NCBI GenBank assembly: GCA_016220095.1
Contig: JACRIJ010000044.1
Location: forward strand, 4,191-68,190
DNA length: 64,000 bases
Direction: 5' to 3'
Source: Planctomycetota bacterium
Lineage (GTDB): Bacteria; Planctomycetota; MHYJ01; JACQXL01; JACRIJ01
This document shows, in pieces, positions 27,894 to 40,900 of this stretch. The translations under genes were made by a program, and so were the position numbers. The notes beneath the pieces are model-generated. The model had not been told where the DNA came from. It was given only the letters and a program-made list of their open reading frames with translations, and searched no databases. The first letter of the stretch is position 1, and every line of letters starts with the position of its first letter.

Positions 27894-28225
27894 ATTACAA
27901 GATTGCGAAGATTGGAAGATTACGGGCCACTGATTGTAACTGCACTGTCTTATGAAATCCTGGCAAACACTCTGCACCTGAAAGTGCGCTGAGAAGGCGT
28001 TTTACCGCAGGCAAGGGCATTCTTTTCGTATATGACTTCTGAAGCCACGGATGGCTTTTGATATGCCTTTTTTGACTTTCCCTGCCCCGCTCCCGGCAAA
28101 TCACCGTTTATGCGATTCTCTTTGTTTTTCATATCATTATTATACCACAGCCATTGCCAAAAAGTCAAGAAAAACACCGTACATTATACGAAGAAGGAAG
28201 AATGAAAAATGAAGCATGAAGGACG

Positions 28226-28325
28226 TCATCCGAGTTCCGAGCGTCGGGTCCCGGACGCCGGATCTCGGACCTCGGATCCCGGGTTCCGTTTAAACGGGCC
28301 ACGGGAAACGGGAAACGGGTCACGA
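28226..28325. repeat. CCGAG-periodic repeat element (family C), copy 3, in reverse orientation.
   Basis: ccgagttccgagcgtcgggtcccggacgccggatctcggacctcggatcccgggttccgtttaaacgggccacgggaaacgggaaacgggtcac. Confidence 0.55.
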
Positions 28326-28367
28326 ATCTTCGTTGTTCAGTCGTTTAGTTGTTGAGTCATTGCAGAT

Positions 28368-29039
28368 TTACTTCTTCAAAACTCTTATCGCATTTTCGGC
28401 TGAAAACTTGACGTCGTTTGAAAGGTCAGTCCTTAGCAATTCCTCTATGGCCGGCAGGGCTTTTTCGCTTTTTATCTTCGTCAACGCATTGATGCTCGTC
28501 GCGCGTACGTACGGATTGTCATCTTTAAGCATTTCAATAAATCTATCCTCAAACTCCCGCCTCTTCATCAGCCCCAGCACATAAATGCCCATCTTGCGCA
28601 CGTTCGGCTCCGGGTCTCCCATCATTTCCTCCAAATACGGCACCGCGGCATCGCCCTGACGTGAAACCATCAAAGTATATTTCTCCATTCCCGCACGATT
28701 GCCCGCGATAGCGGATTTTTTCAGGCCTTCTATGGCGTCCGCCGTTGTAACCTTGGCCTGGCCTGCCGGATTTACGGCAGTATTCCCGGATTCGCCGGAA
28801 GCCGAAGATGAATCCGCATTGCTTCCTGCCGGACTAACCGGCAAATCTGTCATCTTGCCCGGTTCTTTAGAGCTGTCCTTAACTGTCTTCTCCCCAGGAA
28901 CCAAAGAATCCGCACCATTATGGCCGGCGTTCTCAGTTCCATTATGTCCGTTATTGCCCGCAAAAAAAGTAAAGTAACCGATTGAAACTGCGCCGCATAA
29001 GACGGCTGTTATGCTTATTATAAATGCTGTTTTGCTCAT
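28368..29039 (-). CDS. Membrane-anchored HEAT-repeat (PBS-lyase-like) protein.
   Basis: The N-terminal TM is FIISITAVLCGAVSIGYFTFF. The HEAT-like repeats are DPEPNVRKMGIYVLGLMK, DDNPYVRATSINALTKI and LSNDVKFSAENAIRVL. It overlaps the upstream gene by 4 bp (ATGA). Confidence 0.6.
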   Translation of the reverse strand: MSKTAFIISITAVLCGAVSIGYFTFFAGNNGHNGTENAGHNGADSLVPGEKTVKDSSKEPGKMTDLPVSPAGSNADSSSASGESGNTAVNPAGQAKVTTADAIEGLKKSAIAGNRAGMEKYTLMVSRQGDAAVPYLEEMMGDPEPNVRKMGIYVLGLMKRREFEDRFIEMLKDDNPYVRATSINALTKIKSEKALPAIEELLRTDLSNDVKFSAENAIRVLKK

Positions 29040-31885
29040 AGACTCCGTCCCGCCCTTTTTCCTTTTTCATTCTTTATTCTTCGTATAAACCTTGCCGCGA
29101 AAATCAATCCAGCCGCAAGCAGAAGCAACATTGCGGGCAGGCGGGAAAAGCCGCTCATTTCTTCAATCATGCACCTGCCGCCGCTGTCTTTTTTCCCGGC
29201 TTCTTCAAGCGGCGCATCAGTCAAACCGTCATCCGCGGGCGGATTGTACACTAAGCCGCCGTCATCAACGGGCGGCTGGTCGGCTGGAGGTTGCTCTGCG
29301 GGCGGCTGGTCCGCAGGGGGCTGGTCGGCCGGGGGTTGGTCAGCAGGCGGTTCATCCGGAGGAGGCGTCGGCTCCTCAACAACAGGCGAAACCGCCGCAA
29401 GGGGCGTATTCCCAAACGCTCCCATATTTATCCTGCCGCCGTTAGGTTCGGTCTCATTCGCGTACGCATCCAGGGGATCGCCGGCATCTATGGTAGGCTG
29501 GCCGGCAGTTTCCCTGAAATCATCGCCTGATTCGTCAATAAAAACAACGTCCTGTGAAATATCGGTCGTTGCCGGCGTTGTATTTGAATAGTCGCTGACA
29601 AGATTGCCGTACACATCATTATAAGAACTGTTAACAACAGCGGAACTCATCGCGAAAACGCCGTAGCCGTAATTCCGGATGAAAATATTGTTTTTAATAT
29701 TCGCCGTGGCATTGGCTTCCACCATTACCGCATAGGTGCATCTGCTGATTGTATTATTGATAATATCCGCGGCGGAATCGGTACGCACAAGAATTGCGGT
29801 GGACTGGCCGACAAAAATGCAGTTTTTTACCGCGACATCAAGCTGATTCGTATCGATGCCGGTATCGCCTCCCTTGAATGTAATGCCGGAAATCGTGCCC
29901 GGCGCTCCGGTGCCGGATATTATCTGAAACATCGGCGATGAACTCAAAAGAGAACCGTTTAATATTGTATTGCCGTTTGCCGCGCCCGTAACGGAGACGC
30001 CGGCCTTCAAAGACACCGTGTCCTGGAAATAATAAATACCCTCGCTTAGCTGTATGGTTTCACCGCTCTGTGAAGCTGTTACGGCTTCGGAAATATTATT
30101 ATAAACGGTATTCAAAATTGAAACCGACATATTTGACGGCGTGGTTGACGCCCCCACGCCCGCGCTCTGCAGGCCGTCGTAATCCTCGGCAACAAGATAA
30201 AATTCATAAGTCATCCCGCCTGTGAGATTCTCTACTGTAGCCGAAGTTGCGTCCGTGATTTCAGTGTAAGGCCCGTAAACGCCGCCTGTTGCCCTGTAGG
30301 TCAACAAATATGTATCCATATCCGTGCTTGCGCTTGCCGTCCAGGACAATTCCACGGATGTTGAACCCGGCACCGCTGTAAAATCAGACGGCGGCAGAGG
30401 CGCTTCAACTATCCAGAAGTCCTGTATTTCAGTCCATGCGGAATACGCGCCGCTGGGATCCTTGCTTCTTACCGCGTAATAGATATGCGTATTATCCGGA
30501 TACGACTGCGGCAATTGCGTGCTCAATGCCGTTGTCAACGGATATTCGTAATATGTGCTCAGGACTTCACCGTCAACATCGTACCTGACTAAATACGACA
30601 GCGCATCGCTATCCGGGTCACTGCCGGCGCCCCATGAAAAAACCGGCTGGCCGGAAAGCGCCAGCTGGGAATCCGCGGGATTAAAACCTGACGCAGGCGC
30701 CGAAGGCGGCTCATTCTGACCTTCAAAGGCATATAACGTGCCTGCCGTAGTCACAACATATATCCTACCATTCGCTATTACCGGAGCCGCATACACGTCT
30801 CCGTCAAGGTCCTCGGAATCCGCTACAGCGCCGTCCGAGGTATTAAGCACGTATAATTTATTGTCTGCCTGCGAACCTGCAAATACATACTGGTCGGTCA
30901 CGGCAGGCGCACCGGCGTAAACCGTATTGGACGCGTCGCCTATCGCGGCCGCGCCCGCCCATGCGGGAGAAAGCGTCACGGCATCAAAGGCAAATACCGC
31001 CATGTTCGGATACCCCGCAATGACATAAAGATTGCCGGAACTCAACGCTGGCGAACACGGCACCGACTGAGTCCATGCAGGAACGATGTCCGGATTGCTT
31101 AACGGCTGTTCCAACTGTGCCGTCATGGTAGTATCAAGCGCGTAAACTTTAAGGTTAAATGTGCCGGGGACAATATATATCTGATTATTATAAACGAGGG
31201 GCGAAGACAGATTCGGCGTGCCATCGCTCAGGAAGCTGTAGAGCACTGCCCCGTTGTCCGCGATATCCAATGCGTAGAACATGCCGCTATTGCATCCTAT
31301 ATACAATACGCCATCAGCTATAACCGGCGAAGAATACACAGTTTGTTCCAATACCGTTTCCCATTGAGATTCGCCCGAATAGGCGCTTAATGCCATAACC
31401 TTATTATTCGGGAATCCGGAACCGATATAAACGATGCCGTCTTCAATGACAGGAGAAGACATCTCGGTAGACCCTGTATAATATGTCCACAACTCAATGC
31501 CTGTAACGCTGTCAAGGCATATTATGTAACCGTCAATCGCAGAAACGTACAACCTGCCCAGAACTACCGCGGGACTGCTGTAAAAACCGGCGTATTTCCT
31601 GGACCATACCGCCGACTGGTCGGATTCCTTGTAAGCCTTGACATAACCGTCCTGGGTGCACACGTAAATCATACCGTCCGCAACCGCGGGAGTTGAATAT
31701 ATGGGACTGCCTACGGAAACAGACCATTTCTGGGCAATCGGCAGTGTTATAGTCTCCGCGGAACGCCGCGTGCCCGCCGAATCCCCGCTGTATGAAACCC
31801 AGTCAGCCGTGAACAACTGCCTTATATCAAATAACTGGGTTGCAAGCAGGCAAATAAATAAACACAGCAGAATCTTAAATCGCAT
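29036..31885 (-). CDS. 949-aa surface protein. It has a signal peptide, a PQQ-like beta-propeller, two FN3-like domains, a right-handed beta-helix, a (PPADQ)x6 stalk and a C-terminal TM anchor.
   Basis: The N-terminus is MRFKILLCLFICLLATQLF. The propeller blades include GMIYVCTQDGYVKAY, GRLYVSAIDGYIICLD and GVLYIGCNSGMFYALD. The beta-helix includes NNTISRCTYAVMVEANATANIKNNIFIRNYGYGVF. The stalk is PPADQPPADQPPADQPPAEQPPADQPPVDDGG. The C-terminus is LPAMLLLLAAGLIFAARFIRRIKNEKGKRAGRSL. Confidence 0.75.
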   Translation of the reverse strand: MRFKILLCLFICLLATQLFDIRQLFTADWVSYSGDSAGTRRSAETITLPIAQKWSVSVGSPIYSTPAVADGMIYVCTQDGYVKAYKESDQSAVWSRKYAGFYSSPAVVLGRLYVSAIDGYIICLDSVTGIELWTYYTGSTEMSSPVIEDGIVYIGSGFPNNKVMALSAYSGESQWETVLEQTVYSSPVIADGVLYIGCNSGMFYALDIADNGAVLYSFLSDGTPNLSSPLVYNNQIYIVPGTFNLKVYALDTTMTAQLEQPLSNPDIVPAWTQSVPCSPALSSGNLYVIAGYPNMAVFAFDAVTLSPAWAGAAAIGDASNTVYAGAPAVTDQYVFAGSQADNKLYVLNTSDGAVADSEDLDGDVYAAPVIANGRIYVVTTAGTLYAFEGQNEPPSAPASGFNPADSQLALSGQPVFSWGAGSDPDSDALSYLVRYDVDGEVLSTYYEYPLTTALSTQLPQSYPDNTHIYYAVRSKDPSGAYSAWTEIQDFWIVEAPLPPSDFTAVPGSTSVELSWTASASTDMDTYLLTYRATGGVYGPYTEITDATSATVENLTGGMTYEFYLVAEDYDGLQSAGVGASTTPSNMSVSILNTVYNNISEAVTASQSGETIQLSEGIYYFQDTVSLKAGVSVTGAANGNTILNGSLLSSSPMFQIISGTGAPGTISGITFKGGDTGIDTNQLDVAVKNCIFVGQSTAILVRTDSAADIINNTISRCTYAVMVEANATANIKNNIFIRNYGYGVFAMSSAVVNSSYNDVYGNLVSDYSNTTPATTDISQDVVFIDESGDDFRETAGQPTIDAGDPLDAYANETEPNGGRINMGAFGNTPLAAVSPVVEEPTPPPDEPPADQPPADQPPADQPPAEQPPADQPPVDDGGLVYNPPADDGLTDAPLEEAGKKDSGGRCMIEEMSGFSRLPAMLLLLAAGLIFAARFIRRIKNEKGKRAGRSL
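29271..29360. repeat. 15-bp tandem repeat x6 encoding PPADQ.
   Basis: ggcggctggtcggct ggaggttgctctgcg ggcggctggtccgca gggggctggtcggcc gggggttggtcagca ggcggttcatccgga. Confidence 0.8.
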
Positions 31886-31928
31886 ACTAAACTCCTTTAT
31901 TTTTCTTAAATCTAAAATCTTAAATATC

Positions 31929-34900
31929 TTACGGCGTCGGGTCTATCAGCGGTTCAATATAAAATATCTTGCCCTGACTCGTGCCTATCATATATTTATC
32001 GGCGTCAATATCGTACGAAACCGAAGTAATGTCATGGTTCTGTCCAAAGTAATAATAATAACTTGTGCCGCTGTCGGGATTGCTTACAACCGCGCCGGCT
32101 GAAATATCAATGCCATATATCTTGCCGTTGTTATTGCCTATATATACGAGGCCGTCGCCGATGGTCAAAGGCGTACAGGAAATCTGCACGGCTTCAAGCT
32201 GGATGACAAACGAAGATGCGTCAAATGCCGCATCGGTCTTCGGGGTATTATTCGTTGGTATGGCGTAGAACTTGCCGCCGCTGTCGCCGAAGAACAACAT
32301 GCCCGAATCATCCCACGGAGCGGCCGTAATGCCCGCAGGCACCCTATTGCCTGTCAGTGTATGAGCGGCTCCGGGCCACGGATAACTGGCCACCTCGGCC
32401 GCAAATCCGCCGTAAGGCGATACCGCGTGCACCCATCCTTTATTGGCATTCTGCGAACCGTCATCGGTGACATACAGGTAACTTGACAGCATGGTAGGCG
32501 ACTTGAAGCTCCCGTTCGTATTGCTTATTGAGGCATTAACGACTCCGCCGTCAACATTAATTCTTTCAATCAACGCGCTTCCCGCAACAAAATCAGTTCC
32601 GAGAAACAACCATGTCGTACCGGCATCAACCACAGAAGAAGGCACCGTGTAAATGGCCTTGTCAATAAGTATGTGGCTCACGGGGAAAGACGCCACGCGC
32701 ACCTTGGTGGCTTTATTATAACCAAACAAATATGCCTTGGCATCATCACCGGTGCCTCCGCAATAAATGTTATTATCGTCGGTAATCACCGGCGCTGTAG
32801 CCGGGCTGTCCGTGGCAGGGCTAATGTCAAGGCCGCCAACCCACGGTCCTGCGGCAATATTCAGCGCGGCGCCTGTATCAATCAATTTGACTATCTTGCC
32901 TTTCGTAGTGCCGAAATATATCGTGTGCAGGATTTCCACAACATTAGCGTCACCATCGCAATCGCTTGTATCAACTTCATTATCCCACCATGGCGTACCG
33001 ACGATGTCGCCGCTCGCATCCGGAAGGTCGTAGTAATACACGGGGCTCTTAAGTTTCCCGTCATTGGCAAGCACATAGATGCGGTCAACGGTATTCGCGC
33101 CGTTTATATTACGCGATGCCACATAAGTGGAATACCATCCGGGCACGCCCAGGAATCCAAAGGCATTGGTCGGGAATCCCTGCACAGCCCCCTTAATATC
33201 CGGGTTTGCCGTATAAGTCCAGTTAACTGCCGCACTTGTAACTGTTTCAGTTGCGCTTCCTGCGCCGTTGCCGTTTGTAGCGGCATCCCTGTATTCAAAT
33301 GTCACGCAGACCGACTGGCCGTCCGCAGGCGCGGTATCAATCACTGCAACGCTGTATCCGCCCGGCAGATATGTATCGTCAAAATATACATCAGCCACTG
33401 CCAGTGAAATCGGTCCGTTTTGTTCTATCGTAAGGTGCCTGCCTCCGACAGTGGCATTATAGAATGCCACGGCAGTTAGGGAGGTTATTGCCGCGGTATT
33501 GGTAATATAAAATCCTTTGCCGCCGGTATTAGTATTATATACATCCAAAGCAGTAATGTTGACAGTGCCGTTCAATGTAATATCATAGTATGCCGTCGCG
33601 GGAATTGAACTCAATATGGTGCCGCCGGACGCGGTAAACGCCGCCGCAGAAGCAACCGTAATTACCGAACCGTTGGTCAGGGTAATTGAAGAGCCGGTAT
33701 TCATCGAAAGAGTGCCGCCCGAAACGGTCAAGGTGCCGGAAGCCGGCGCGACCGTATCGCCTATGGTCAAAGCGAGGCCGTTAAGGCTGAAAGTGCCGGA
33801 CTGCAGGGTCAGCAGATTCTTCACGACAACGTTACCGGTCAATTGAGTTGTTATAGCATTTGTATTTATTTTCAGGTTATAAAAAGTTCCCGCGGGAATA
33901 TTAGGCGACACCAACTGGTTGTCCACCGTAACAGTGCCTTTATCGGTACTGATAGTACCCCAGGCGGTGGTATTGCCGGTAACTTTAAGTTCATCGGCAG
34001 TATCGCCGAAAGTAACCGTACCCAGATTATTAAATGTCCCTGATATCTTAATGGTACCGCCGTTAGCATCGTTGGTATCTGAATCCGGCATCTGTATATT
34101 GGAACCGACCTGATTAGTAAAATTCCCGGTCACATTAAGAGTCCTGAAATCCTGCACCGTAATAGTGCCGGAATTATCAACGTTTCCGGAAATCGTCGCA
34201 GAACCTGTAAGGGTATTAATAGCCCCAAAAGTAATAGAGGCGTTTACGCCGAGAGTAGCGTTGCCGCTTATTGTAGTTGTAAGAGAACCCGCTGTTGCGC
34301 CGACCGCAATACTCGCGGTACCGCTCATTGTTACATTACCGTCTATAAGAAAAACCTTCGGACTGGCGCCGCCGGTGGAATATGAAAATGTTGCCGATGT
34401 CATATCAAAACTGCCATGTATTGTAAAACTTATATCATTGCCGCTTATGGACAATGTCCTGCCGTTCTCCATTGTCAAACTGCCTATCTCCACTGAACTT
34501 GAAATAGACGGGTTATTCGTAACTCCAGCTGTAGGTATTACAACCTTGCTGTAGTTCCCAGGAATGGTTAAATTATCTTCCCAATTCAACGGGTCCGTCC
34601 ACACAGCGCTGGTATCGCCTACCCAGGTCTTCTTAGGCCATCTGATAGAACCTGACGTATCCGGGTCAGCGCCGTTCTGCGGGTCTATTTCGTAAGTGCC
34701 GCCGCTGTTCGCGCCGCCGTACGCGGTAAAAGAAATAGCCGGGTTCTGGGCGCCACCGGCCGCCTGGACGTTATTGGTGCAATACGCGTCAAAAGTGCAT
34801 CCGCTGAAGGTCATTCCAGACATGGTTGTATCATTCAATACAAGGTAAACGCCGGACGCAGAGCCGGTTGTCTTACTGAATACGACTCTGTCTAAGGCAA

Positions 34901-37900
34901 ATGAAGGGTCGGCACCTACATTAGCCATGACCATTCCAGTATCCGCGGGATCAATCACATTCAATCCGTTTATATCCACGGTACCTGAAGTACTGAATGT
35001 CATTGAATACCTGTTGCCATTATTAACGGCATTGATTGCCGGTTTTGCTAAAGTATCCGTAGTGCTGAAATCGCCGTTAAATGTCAGCGTACCAGCGGCT
35101 ATTGCCGTTCCGAGGCGCAGGTTACAGCTGTTCTGCATGTCAAGCTTGCCGCTCGCGTTTACGGCAAGGGTTGACTGAACGGTCACATCATCGCCGGCAT
35201 CAAGGGTTAATTTGCCCGTTCCTGTAATTGTAATCTTAAAGAAAGACATGGTACCCGATGTAGCGCCGCCCAGCCCCGTAAATCTTACTTCGGAATCGCC
35301 GCACGTGAACGCGCCACTGTTGATAAGCGAGAATGTGCCCTTAAGATCTATGAAATTCGTGGTAACGCTTTCCACGAGAGTACCGCCATCCACGGTAATG
35401 TTGTTGAATTCCGTGGTTGCGGAGCCGTTTATAACGCCTGAAGCGGTCGTGAACGTTACCGTACTGGAACCGGAATTAAACGTGCCGCCGTTATTTGTCC
35501 AGGCGGCCGCAATCTTGATGGTTGATACGCCGCTTAGAGACAACGACTTTGTATTGGGAATAGTTATATTCGCAAACTGGGTAATATTGTTCCCTGCCAC
35601 GGTTGACGGCGTTCCACTAAATATAACCGTAGAACCGTTTGCCGTAAACGAACCGTCATTAGTCCAGATATTGTTTACGGTTATGGTTTTACCGTTGCCA
35701 TCAAGGACCGCGTTATTGTTTATGGTTATGTTATTCGTGGTAAAGTTGCCGCCGGCGCTTACGGTTGCCGAGGTATTGCTGATGGTTATACTATTGTATG
35801 TCGTAAACGCCGTGACATTCTGTATAGCCGTACCATTATATTCAATTGTTCCGTTGGTATTATCAAACGTAGTTGTAACCGACAATGAAGATTTTATCTT
35901 CAACATACCATTGACGGTCAGGATATTGGAAACGCTTAAAGCGTCGTTAGCCGTAAAAGTATACGTAGTAGGAATTGTAAGGTTATAGAACGCGTCGCCG
36001 CCGGAATCAATTGTACCGTTTGAAGACCGTAAAGTTACGGTAGTGGTATTCGGCGTAAACACCGCAGAGCCGCCGTTATTCCAGTCAGCATTAACCGTAA
36101 TGTTCGCGTTTAACACAAGCGTGCCGCTATTGGTAACTTTACCGTTAATGGTGGAAGATGCTGAACCTATGGTAAGCGAACCGCTATTGGTTACATCGCC
36201 GTTTGCCGTGAAAGCAGGAGACGAAATTGAAATAGAACTGCCAGAACCTGTCGTAAAGGTGCCGTTTATTGTCAAAGAACCGAGGCCGCCGGAGCTGAAC
36301 GTAAAGGTAGGCACGCCTGCGGCGCCGCCGTCCGCATCAAGCGTAAGGTTGCCGTTTAAGGTCAGTTGTTTGTCGGCCGCCGCGGCAGAAACCGAAGCGC
36401 CATCCTGAATCTGTATGCCCGCAACGGTTGAATTAATATCAATGCTTACAGGATAATTGGAAGCGCCTGTCGGGAACACAACTTTATCCCCTGCCTGAGG
36501 TTTGCCGATAGGATTCCAGTTATTATCAACGCTCCATAAATTGCTTACAGTGCCGACCCATTGTTTCGCGGGCCATCTGATTGAACCGGTATTATCAGGA
36601 TTGTTGGCAGGCGGCGCCGGAAGCTGGGAACCGTTATTGTCGTCATTCTCATAGGTCCCGCCGGCCTTAGAACCGCTGGCGCCGAGGAGGTTGACCACAA
36701 GGCCGCCGGCTATCGCGCCCGACGGGGTAAAAACGTTATATTGGCAATTCGCGTCAAACGAACAACCAGCGAACGAATAACTGCCCGCTGTAAAGTTTAT
36801 TTTTATATACGTCCTGCCGGCAAGATACGCACTACTCGTAAATGACGCGTAATCTATGTCAAAACCGGTATTTGCCGTATTCGATATGCTAAGACCGTTC
36901 GCATCAGGATTATTGAAAGTAACATTGTTTATCAACACCTTTCCGGAAGCACCGGACACGGTAAATGAAAAATACGCGCCTTTGTCTGTTACCGTAGGGG
37001 TCAAACCGCTCGTCTGGAACAACCCCTGTATAGCGGCAGAACCAGCCGTAGAAGGCGTTCCCAAACGAAGCACAGAACTTCCGTTCATGGATAATGTACC
37101 GGCACTTGTCACGGTCAACGCATTTGACACCGTTATATCACTGCCGGCATTCAATGCAAGCGTTCCGGTGACCTGAACATTATAGAACGTAGAAGCATTC
37201 GCGCCTTTTACTTCCGCGGTCGTGCCCGTAAAATATACTGTAGAACTGTTCGCGGTAAACGTCCCGTCGTTCTGGAAAACGTTCTTGACCTTAGCCTGGG
37301 CTATGCCGGCGTCAATGCTCATCGTAACGCCGGTATCAACGGTAAGGTTATAGAATTCCGTAACCGCACTGCCCGCAATGGACGAAGCAATGCCGGTAAA
37401 TATTACAGTTGAAGATCCGGTCGTAAACGCGTTGTTATTCGTCCATACGCCATAAACCTTTGCCGTACCTATAGCTCCTATCTGCAGGGTTTTTGTCGCG
37501 CTTATCGTGACATTATTAAATTCCGTTATGGAAGTGCCGCCGATAGTTGAAGGCGCGCCGCTAAATGTTATCGTTGAAGTGCCCTTCTGGAACGTACCGT
37601 TATTGGTAAAATCGCCGCTGACCACGATCGTATAAGCGCCCGCATTAACGACGGCATTCGTTGCAATAGTCAGCGTGCCGTTAAGCGTCACGACGGCGCC
37701 GAATGATACTGTTGCGGATGTATTTGAAACCGTTATATTATTATAAGAAGACGGCGCAGTAGGTATGGACTGGACCACGGTACCGTTGAATTCCAAAGTG
37801 CCGCCGGTTGAATCAAATGCCGCTCCGAACGTTATACCGGATTTCAATTTCAGGGTTCCGGGCAGTGTCAAAGTTCCGCCGGCATTCATGCTTATGCTAT

Positions 37901-40900
37901 CGTTAGCGGTATAAGCGCATCCCGAATTTACTTTCAAACTGTAGAATGACTGGCCGCCGCTTGCTATGGTGCCTGCAACGCCGTTAAAAGTAACCGTGCC
38001 TGAAGGAGTCGTTATGATATTGGTATTTGACCATGAACCCGTAACAGTCATATTGCCGGGTGTTAGCGTGCCGGAATTAGTCAATGAGCCTTTTAATGTA
38101 AAAGCGGTGGCATTGGTAAATGTACCGCTGTTCGTAAAATTACTTTCCATGGTAAAAGTAACCGCATTGGATACGCTCATCGTACCGCCGCTGGTTACGG
38201 CGCCTTTTAACAAAAGAGACGAAGTGGCGCCGGCGCATGAGTAATTAAACTGCCCCACGCCCTCGCCGAGGTTTGATTGTATAACGAGTGTGCCGTTAAC
38301 GGTAAGCTTGATATCATTCGCAGAGGCCGTAAGTACAGCGCCGTCCTGGATTTCAAGGGACGCAAGAGTCGTGGTTATATTCAGGGTAGGCTGTGCTAAC
38401 GCGCCTGTAAATTCGCTTGGACTTGGAATAATAACGCGTTCCGCAGTGGAAGGCACGCCGGACGGCGTCCAATTGTTTGCAGTGCTCCATGAAGTACTTA
38501 CGGAACCGTTCCATTTCTTCGCGGGCCACTGGATGGAACCCGTATTGTCCGGGTCGCCCGGATTCTGCTGGCCGGCCGCGTTGTCATTTTCATAAGCGCC
38601 GCCGGATTTCGCGCCGCTGTAGCCCTGGATTTTCACGACCATGCTTGCGGCAATACTGCCGTTGGCGGTCTGGACGTTATATTGGCAACCGCTGTCAAAA
38701 GAACAACCGGTAAACGCGTAAGTAGAACTGGCAACAATTTTATCTATCTTAAGAAACACACCGACTCCGGAGGAATCCCCGGGGTCAGTAAAGCTGACGT
38801 TGTCAACATCAAATCCTGTCCCTGCGTTCGTCGTAATATTCAAACCGTTGTCCCCAGGATTCTGGAAATTCAATCCGTTAAGCACCACTATGCCGGCGCC
38901 GCTGACCGTCCCCACAGTAAAGGCGTATTTGGAACCGGTATCGGTAACCGTAGGAGTCGTGCCTGAAGATGTAAACGTTCCCTCAATAGTCGCGCCGGTA
39001 ACGCCTAAGCGCAATATTGAATTGCCTGTAAGATTGAACGTGCCGCCTGAAAGCACTGTCAACCCGGTTGAAACGGTAATGTCATCACTGCCGTCCATCG
39101 TCAGAGTACCGGCTATTTTCAGCTGATAGAATGTTGTAGCATTCCCTTCAATCGTACCCGTACTGCCCGTGAACCTTATAACCGTGGAGCCCGGAGTAAA
39201 AGTACCGATATTATTCCAGATGTTTTTCACCCTGACATCGTTAGTAACATCCGACAATGTCGCGCCTGTATTTATTTTCAGGTTATTGAAAACCGTACCC
39301 GCGTTACCCGCAATCTGAGACGAACCGCTGTTGAACGTTACTGTTGAATTGGACGCGGTAAATGTGCCGGTATTGCTGAAAGTCCCGTTCACTTTAATTT
39401 CACTTACGTTTACCGTAAGGGTATTTGTAACGGACAAGTTATTGAATGTGGTAACCGCCGTACCTTCTATAGTTGAAGCGGCGCCTGCGAATGTAACATT
39501 AGAAGTCTGCGACGTAAATGTACCGTTATTTGTCCACTTGCCGTTAATTGTAATGGTATTGCCGCCGCCAATGAACACGGATGAATTGTTTACAGTCAGG
39601 TCCACTGCCGCGATGGCGCCGCCGGCGGTAACGCCGCCCGCGGAAGTATTGCTTACGATAATAACATTATACGTCTCCGCAGGCATGGTCTGCGCGGAAG
39701 TTCCATTAAAATCAACGGTACCGCCCGCCTCGGTAAAGGTTGTTCCGAACGTGATGCCTGTCTTAACCTTAAGATAACCTGAGAGGGTAAACGTTGATGA
39801 TAGAGCAAACGTATCCAAAGCGGTATATACGGAACCCGTAGGTATTGTAACGCTGTTGAACAATGCGCTCCCCATGGTCACGTTACCGGTGGTACCGTTT
39901 AAGGTTACCGTACCAGCGCCTGGTGTAAACGTACCGCTGTTTGTAAAACTGCCGGTAATTATCATATTGCCGGTTGTAAAATTACCGGTATTATTCAGAT
40001 CTCCTGTAACTGCGAATGACGGCGAAGTTGACGTAAAAAAACCCGCGTTCGTCAGCGTGCCTGAAACGTTGAATATCTCAGCGGCCGAACTTACAGTTCC
40101 CTCGTTCTGAATAGTACCGGCATTAAACAAAGAACCCACGCCTGATGATGTAAAATTCAGGTTAGCAGCGGAACCGTATCCCTGGTTGGATTCTATAAAA
40201 AGCTGGTTATTAACTCTGAGAGTTCTATTAGTGCCGCTTGTGGAAAACACCGTACCGTCATATATCATAAGGCTGCCTACGGTGGCATTAATATCCAATA
40301 CGGGGTCATTTGCCGCGCCGACTCTGTCGTCAGGGCTCGGTATAATAACCTTGTCTGAAGCCGTTGGAATGGTACCCGTATTCCAATTGCCCGCGGAACT
40401 CCAGAATTGATTGACATCGCCTTCCCATCTGATGACGCGCCATACGATTGAGCCGCCGCCCGCGACAACGCCTCCCCCCTTATCATTTTCGTAAGTCTCG
40501 CCGGTCCTTAATCCGCTGTCGCCGCTCATAGTAACCGCATTATTCACCACGCCGACATTATTCGTAGTTGACACGTTATACTGGCATCCGTCATTGAACG
40601 TGCATCCCTGGAAGCTGTAAGTATATGCGGCTATTGACGTATAACCGAGGGTAATGTATGTACCCTGGAACAAACCGTCGCTATCGGAAAAAGTTACGTT
40701 ATCTATGTCTATGCTGGTATTAGCATTAGCGGCAATATTTAAACCGTTATCGTTGGGATTCTGGAAAAACAAACCGTTGAGTAAAACTTTTCCTGAATTA
40801 TTCACAGTAAATGAATACTTCGCACCGGTATTGGTAACCACCGGCGTACTGCCTGAAGTGCTGAAAGTCCCGCCCTGAATCGTACATGACACCCCTACGC

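Noticed and set aside
27895-28177. Two overlapping minus-strand ORFs (69 and 75 aa) in the spacer between the ACAD gene and the HEAT-repeat gene.
   Set aside because: They sit in a convergent-gene spacer full of repeats. They have no RBS, no motifs and biased composition, so they are probably spurious.
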